From: Mayamaea pseudoterrestris
Taxonomy: Eukaryota
Direction: 5' to 3'
Assembly: GCA_027923505.1 (NCBI GenBank)
Contig: BROI01000032.1
Span: forward strand, 1 to 64,000
Length of the DNA: 64,000 bases
The notes below the pieces were generated by a model. That model saw only the letters and a program-made list of their open reading frames with translations. It was not told the origin of the DNA and did no database searches. A program made the translations under genes and the position numbers. Within the stretch, counting starts at the first letter, position 1, and each line of letters starts with the position of its first letter. This document shows, piece after piece, positions 63,082 through 64,000 of the stretch.

Positions 63082-63759
63082 TTACGCCACACTTGATGGC
63101 TCCATGCTGCCTTCCAATATCTTGCTGATACGCGTTCCACTCGGTTTTAGCAGCGGGACCACCAATGGTTCCACGACAAGAGGTTGGTCGGATCTGCCTG
63201 CTGGGACAGTCACGCCATCTTGCAAGCGTTGCTGCCAAGTTGATCCCCAGTACTCGTTCCGATCCAATGACACCAATGCAGAGCGCACCTGGAGCGTTGG
63301 ATCAGTTTTTAACTGTTGATCTGGCTTAGAGTCGCCACTGGAAGCCCCAGCAAGAGCCTCTTTTTTGTGCAACTGCTCTTCAACCTGCTCCAGCACGGTT
63401 CGCGACATGGTGGATGTAGCCTTTGGATAGTCGGGGAAGAAGCATGGTATGAACAAACGATCCTCCGATGCAGCCTCGTCAGTAGCAGAGCTGGCGTTAT
63501 CCTTGTCAAAGCGAAGCTTCTTCGGAGAAGGACCATCTTCGTTGTCCACATCCATCTCATCTGTTGATCGTTTCTTGCTATTCAGAGTGCCCCATTCACT
63601 TGTAAACAAGGCATCAGGAGTTGTGTCCAGCTTATTTGCTTCATCAGTTCCTTTCTCTTCTTCCATTGCATCCATCACTAATGACTGTCCCACATGCTCC
63701 GGAAGCGCGTGAGGATTGGCAACGGGCGCGTCGCCCAGGACGACTGGAAATCGAGGCAC
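63082..63759 (-). CDS. 3' portion of a hypothetical protein; 5' end probably further right or beyond the window
   Basis: 225-codon open frame with an NLS-like PSPKKLRF; the track start is a GTG, so the true start is not resolved. Confidence 0.55.
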   Translation of the reverse strand: MPRFPVVLGDAPVANPHALPEHVGQSLVMDAMEEEKGTDEANKLDTTPDALFTSEWGTLNSKKRSTDEMDVDNEDGPSPKKLRFDKDNASSATDEAASEDRLFIPCFFPDYPKATSTMSRTVLEQVEEQLHKKEALAGASSGDSKPDQQLKTDPTLQVRSALVSLDRNEYWGSTWQQRLQDGVTVPAGRSDQPLVVEPLVVPLLKPSGTRISKILEGSMEPSSVA

Positions 63760-64000
63760 TTCGTCCGGATATGGAGCGTTCCATCCTCGAAACGTAGATT
63801 GTGAAGCATTGCATTGTAACGTAGACGACGGACCAAGCTTGCCGCCTCTGGCGCTGCCTAAAGTGGCGGATGACGATGCATGAGCTAACGATAGCTGAAC
63901 TTCATTATCTGCAGCATCAAATGATTCCGTCTGCCAGTCGGGCCCAAAGCAAAAAGCAGCTAGCCCCTTCCAAGATTTGTCTTGTGCTGCTGCATTACAA

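Overview
Eukaryotic nuclear DNA, most likely from a diatom. This rests on bipartite plastid-targeting presequences, 65-93 bp spliceosomal introns and diatom-type hypothetical-protein motifs. The centre holds nested retroelements. The host is a complete tyrosine-recombinase retrotransposon (11535-42820, minus strand, about 8.8 kb without the insert) with Ngaro/PAT-type split direct repeats A1-ORFs-B1-A2-B2. Its gag-like ORF1 and RT/RNase H ORF are in one frame, separated by a single UGA. ORF1 is interrupted by a head-to-tail dimer of an 11242 bp Ty1/copia element with four 543 bp LTRs, a precise LTR|LTR junction and one 5 bp TSD (CAACT). The copia element has an extra 667-codon ORF with no AUG, inside a 2285 nt stretch with no sense-strand AUG in any frame before the gag-pol start. 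It also has a palindrome where a tRNA primer-binding site is expected. Flanking host genes include plastid FNR, an NYN/SAP ribonuclease, tRNA-Pro(TGG) with a duplicated 3' end 1.8 kb downstream, a P5-type ATPase, an HExxH-membrane/class-II amidotransferase/SIS/EF-hand fusion, a TPR-like protein and several hypothetical proteins. A 6.3 kb satellite of about 347 bp palindrome-bearing units lies at 48094-54406. All calls come from manual reading; no database search was run.
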